A stretch of 64,000 bases of DNA, taken from positions 177,570,001-177,634,000 of the forward strand of contig NC_058368.1 of NCBI RefSeq assembly GCF_018350175.1. Reading direction: 5' to 3'. Position numbers and translations under genes: made by a program. Below are positions 62,483 to 64,000 of this stretch, in pieces. The DNA is from Felis catus. Lineage: Eukaryota. The notes beneath the pieces were generated by a model that ran no database searches, was not told where the DNA came from, and saw only the letters and a program-made list of their open reading frames with translations. The first letter of the stretch is position 1. The number at the start of each line of letters is the position of its first letter.

Positions 62483-62699
62483 GGGGCACCTGGGTGGCTC
62501 AGTCGGTTAAGCGTCAGACTTCAGCTCAGGTCATGATCTCACGGTACGTGGGTTTGAGCCCTGCATCGGGCTCTGTGCTGACAGCTCAGAGCCTGGAGCC
62601 TGCTTCGGATTCTGTGTCTCCCTCTCTCTCTCTGCCCCTCCCCCCACTCATGCTCTGTCTCTTTCTGTCTCAAAAATAAATAAAATATTAAAAAAAAAA
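62483..62699 (+). mobile_element. Can-SINE
   Basis: TSD aaagaatcccaaggtc/aaagaatcccgaggtc. Confidence 0.96.
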
Positions 62700-62749
62700 A
62701 AAGAATCCCGAGGTCAACTGCAAAGCAACTGGAGAGTGACATACTTCTA

Positions 62750-63060
62750 TTTGCATTTTAGAGAAGTCCCTGTAGCCCCAGCCCGCAGGAAAGATGGAAG
62801 AGAGAAAGAGTTAAAGAGGAGGCCAGAGATCAGGCTGTTGCCATGGTCCAGGCAAGAGGCAACAGAGGCCCAGACTGGGCGGTGGTGAAGCAACACTGAA
62901 GAGTGCAACGACCTCAGAAATTGTAACAATGGGGAACCAACAGGACGTGGAGGCTGGGATGCGGCAAGAGTCAAGGGTTGCCTGCACATTCCAAGATGGC
63001 ATCTGGGTAGGCAATGGCACCATTCACTGCAATGGGGGACATGAGGAGAAGTGGGGTTCA
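62750..63060 (-). mobile_element. L2 fragment
   Basis: aggctgttgccatggtccaggcaagagg...ggcaatggcaccattcactg. Confidence 0.7.
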
Positions 63061-63574
63061 CCCCTCTGGGTCTCAAGTAGGGGGAGGTACAGCGGCACCA
63101 TTTGTCCTGCAGAAGGCCTGGGCCAGGCAGCCTGCCCAGGGAACCGGCCAGAGAGGGATGGGCTAGAGAAGGATGCCCAGTTTGGTATTGGACGTCAGGG
63201 TAATTCCAAACTCTTTTGGGTACAGCGATGGGCCTCCAGAGCCAAGTTCTGGGACGCTCTCTGCCTCTGGCTTCCCGCCACGGGCATCATCTGCAGGGAA
63301 TATTCAAAGATGTAAACATGATGATTTCATCAAGGTCCAAGTGTCAGGGGACACATGTGCAGGCGATGGCAGCCCATCAAACCGTGGAAATTCTGACCCG
63401 GGAGGTTCAGACACAACAATGTGGAGGCCTCCCTCCCCCGCATCCCCTCTGGCCTGCGCCCAGTTCTCAAACGTGGTTAATTAATGTAATGAATTATGAC
63501 AAACGCGTACGGCGCCTCTGATTTGCTGACAGCTGATACAAACAGAGGCAGTGGCCAAGAATCCCAATGCGTAC

Positions 63575-63577
<3 letters not shown>

Positions 63578-63605
<28 letters not shown>
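63578..63605. repeat. (AC)14 microsatellite
   Basis: perfect AC run. Confidence 0.97.
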
Positions 63606-64000
63606 CCCACAACTCCACCAAAAATAGCTTGCAACCGGGTTTGTAATTCAGTGACTTTTCCATCTGTACTGGAACATGGCAAGAAGTGGTTGCTGCTGCA
63701 AAGGGTAAAGGGAAAAGTTGGAAATACGTTGCCCCCGATTTTTCACATTGGAAAGACTTCTTTCTCCTCACCACTCCCTCTCTCGCGACATACATTCATT
63801 GGTTACTTTAGCCAACCCTGCATTCCATGAAGGAAGAGAACCACATTCAAAGAGGACCTACCATGTGCCAAGGGTTTTATATACTAGGTCAGAACTCCTT
63901 TGGTTGTAAGCAACAGAATTCCAACTGAATCCTCTTAGAGGAAAACAAAAGGGGGTGGGATGTAGAAAGGACTTTGAAATATCTCACACCATCAAACAGA

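Noticed and set aside
1..64000. CRISPR arrays, operons, rRNA or intact autonomous elements
   Set aside because: None seen; the sequence is mammalian and all retroelement ORFs are disrupted

Overview
Mammalian genomic DNA, almost certainly from a felid: it carries 18 Can-SINE/SINEC_Fc-type insertions and a carnivore L1 3' stub. The window is moderately GC-rich and dominated by repeats: MIR, L2, old L1M, MaLR/ERVL LTRs, an LTR16-type ERVL provirus remnant with recognisable gag and RT, hAT MITEs and microsatellites. I recognise no known protein-coding gene, and the long ORFs in the track are repeat or GC artefacts. The most notable unexplained signal is a cluster of short minus-strand segments at about 6.1-10.3 kb. 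They have good splice sites and join in frame into a 103-aa protein with an N-terminal hydrophobic leader and a downstream AATAAA, so this is a candidate unannotated gene or pseudogene. Also present are one strong CTCF motif, several AT-rich homeodomain-motif islands that resemble enhancers, two promoter-like motif clusters, and some clearly nested insertions. Repeat subfamily names come from recalled consensus sequences, not a database search, and old-repeat boundaries are approximate.
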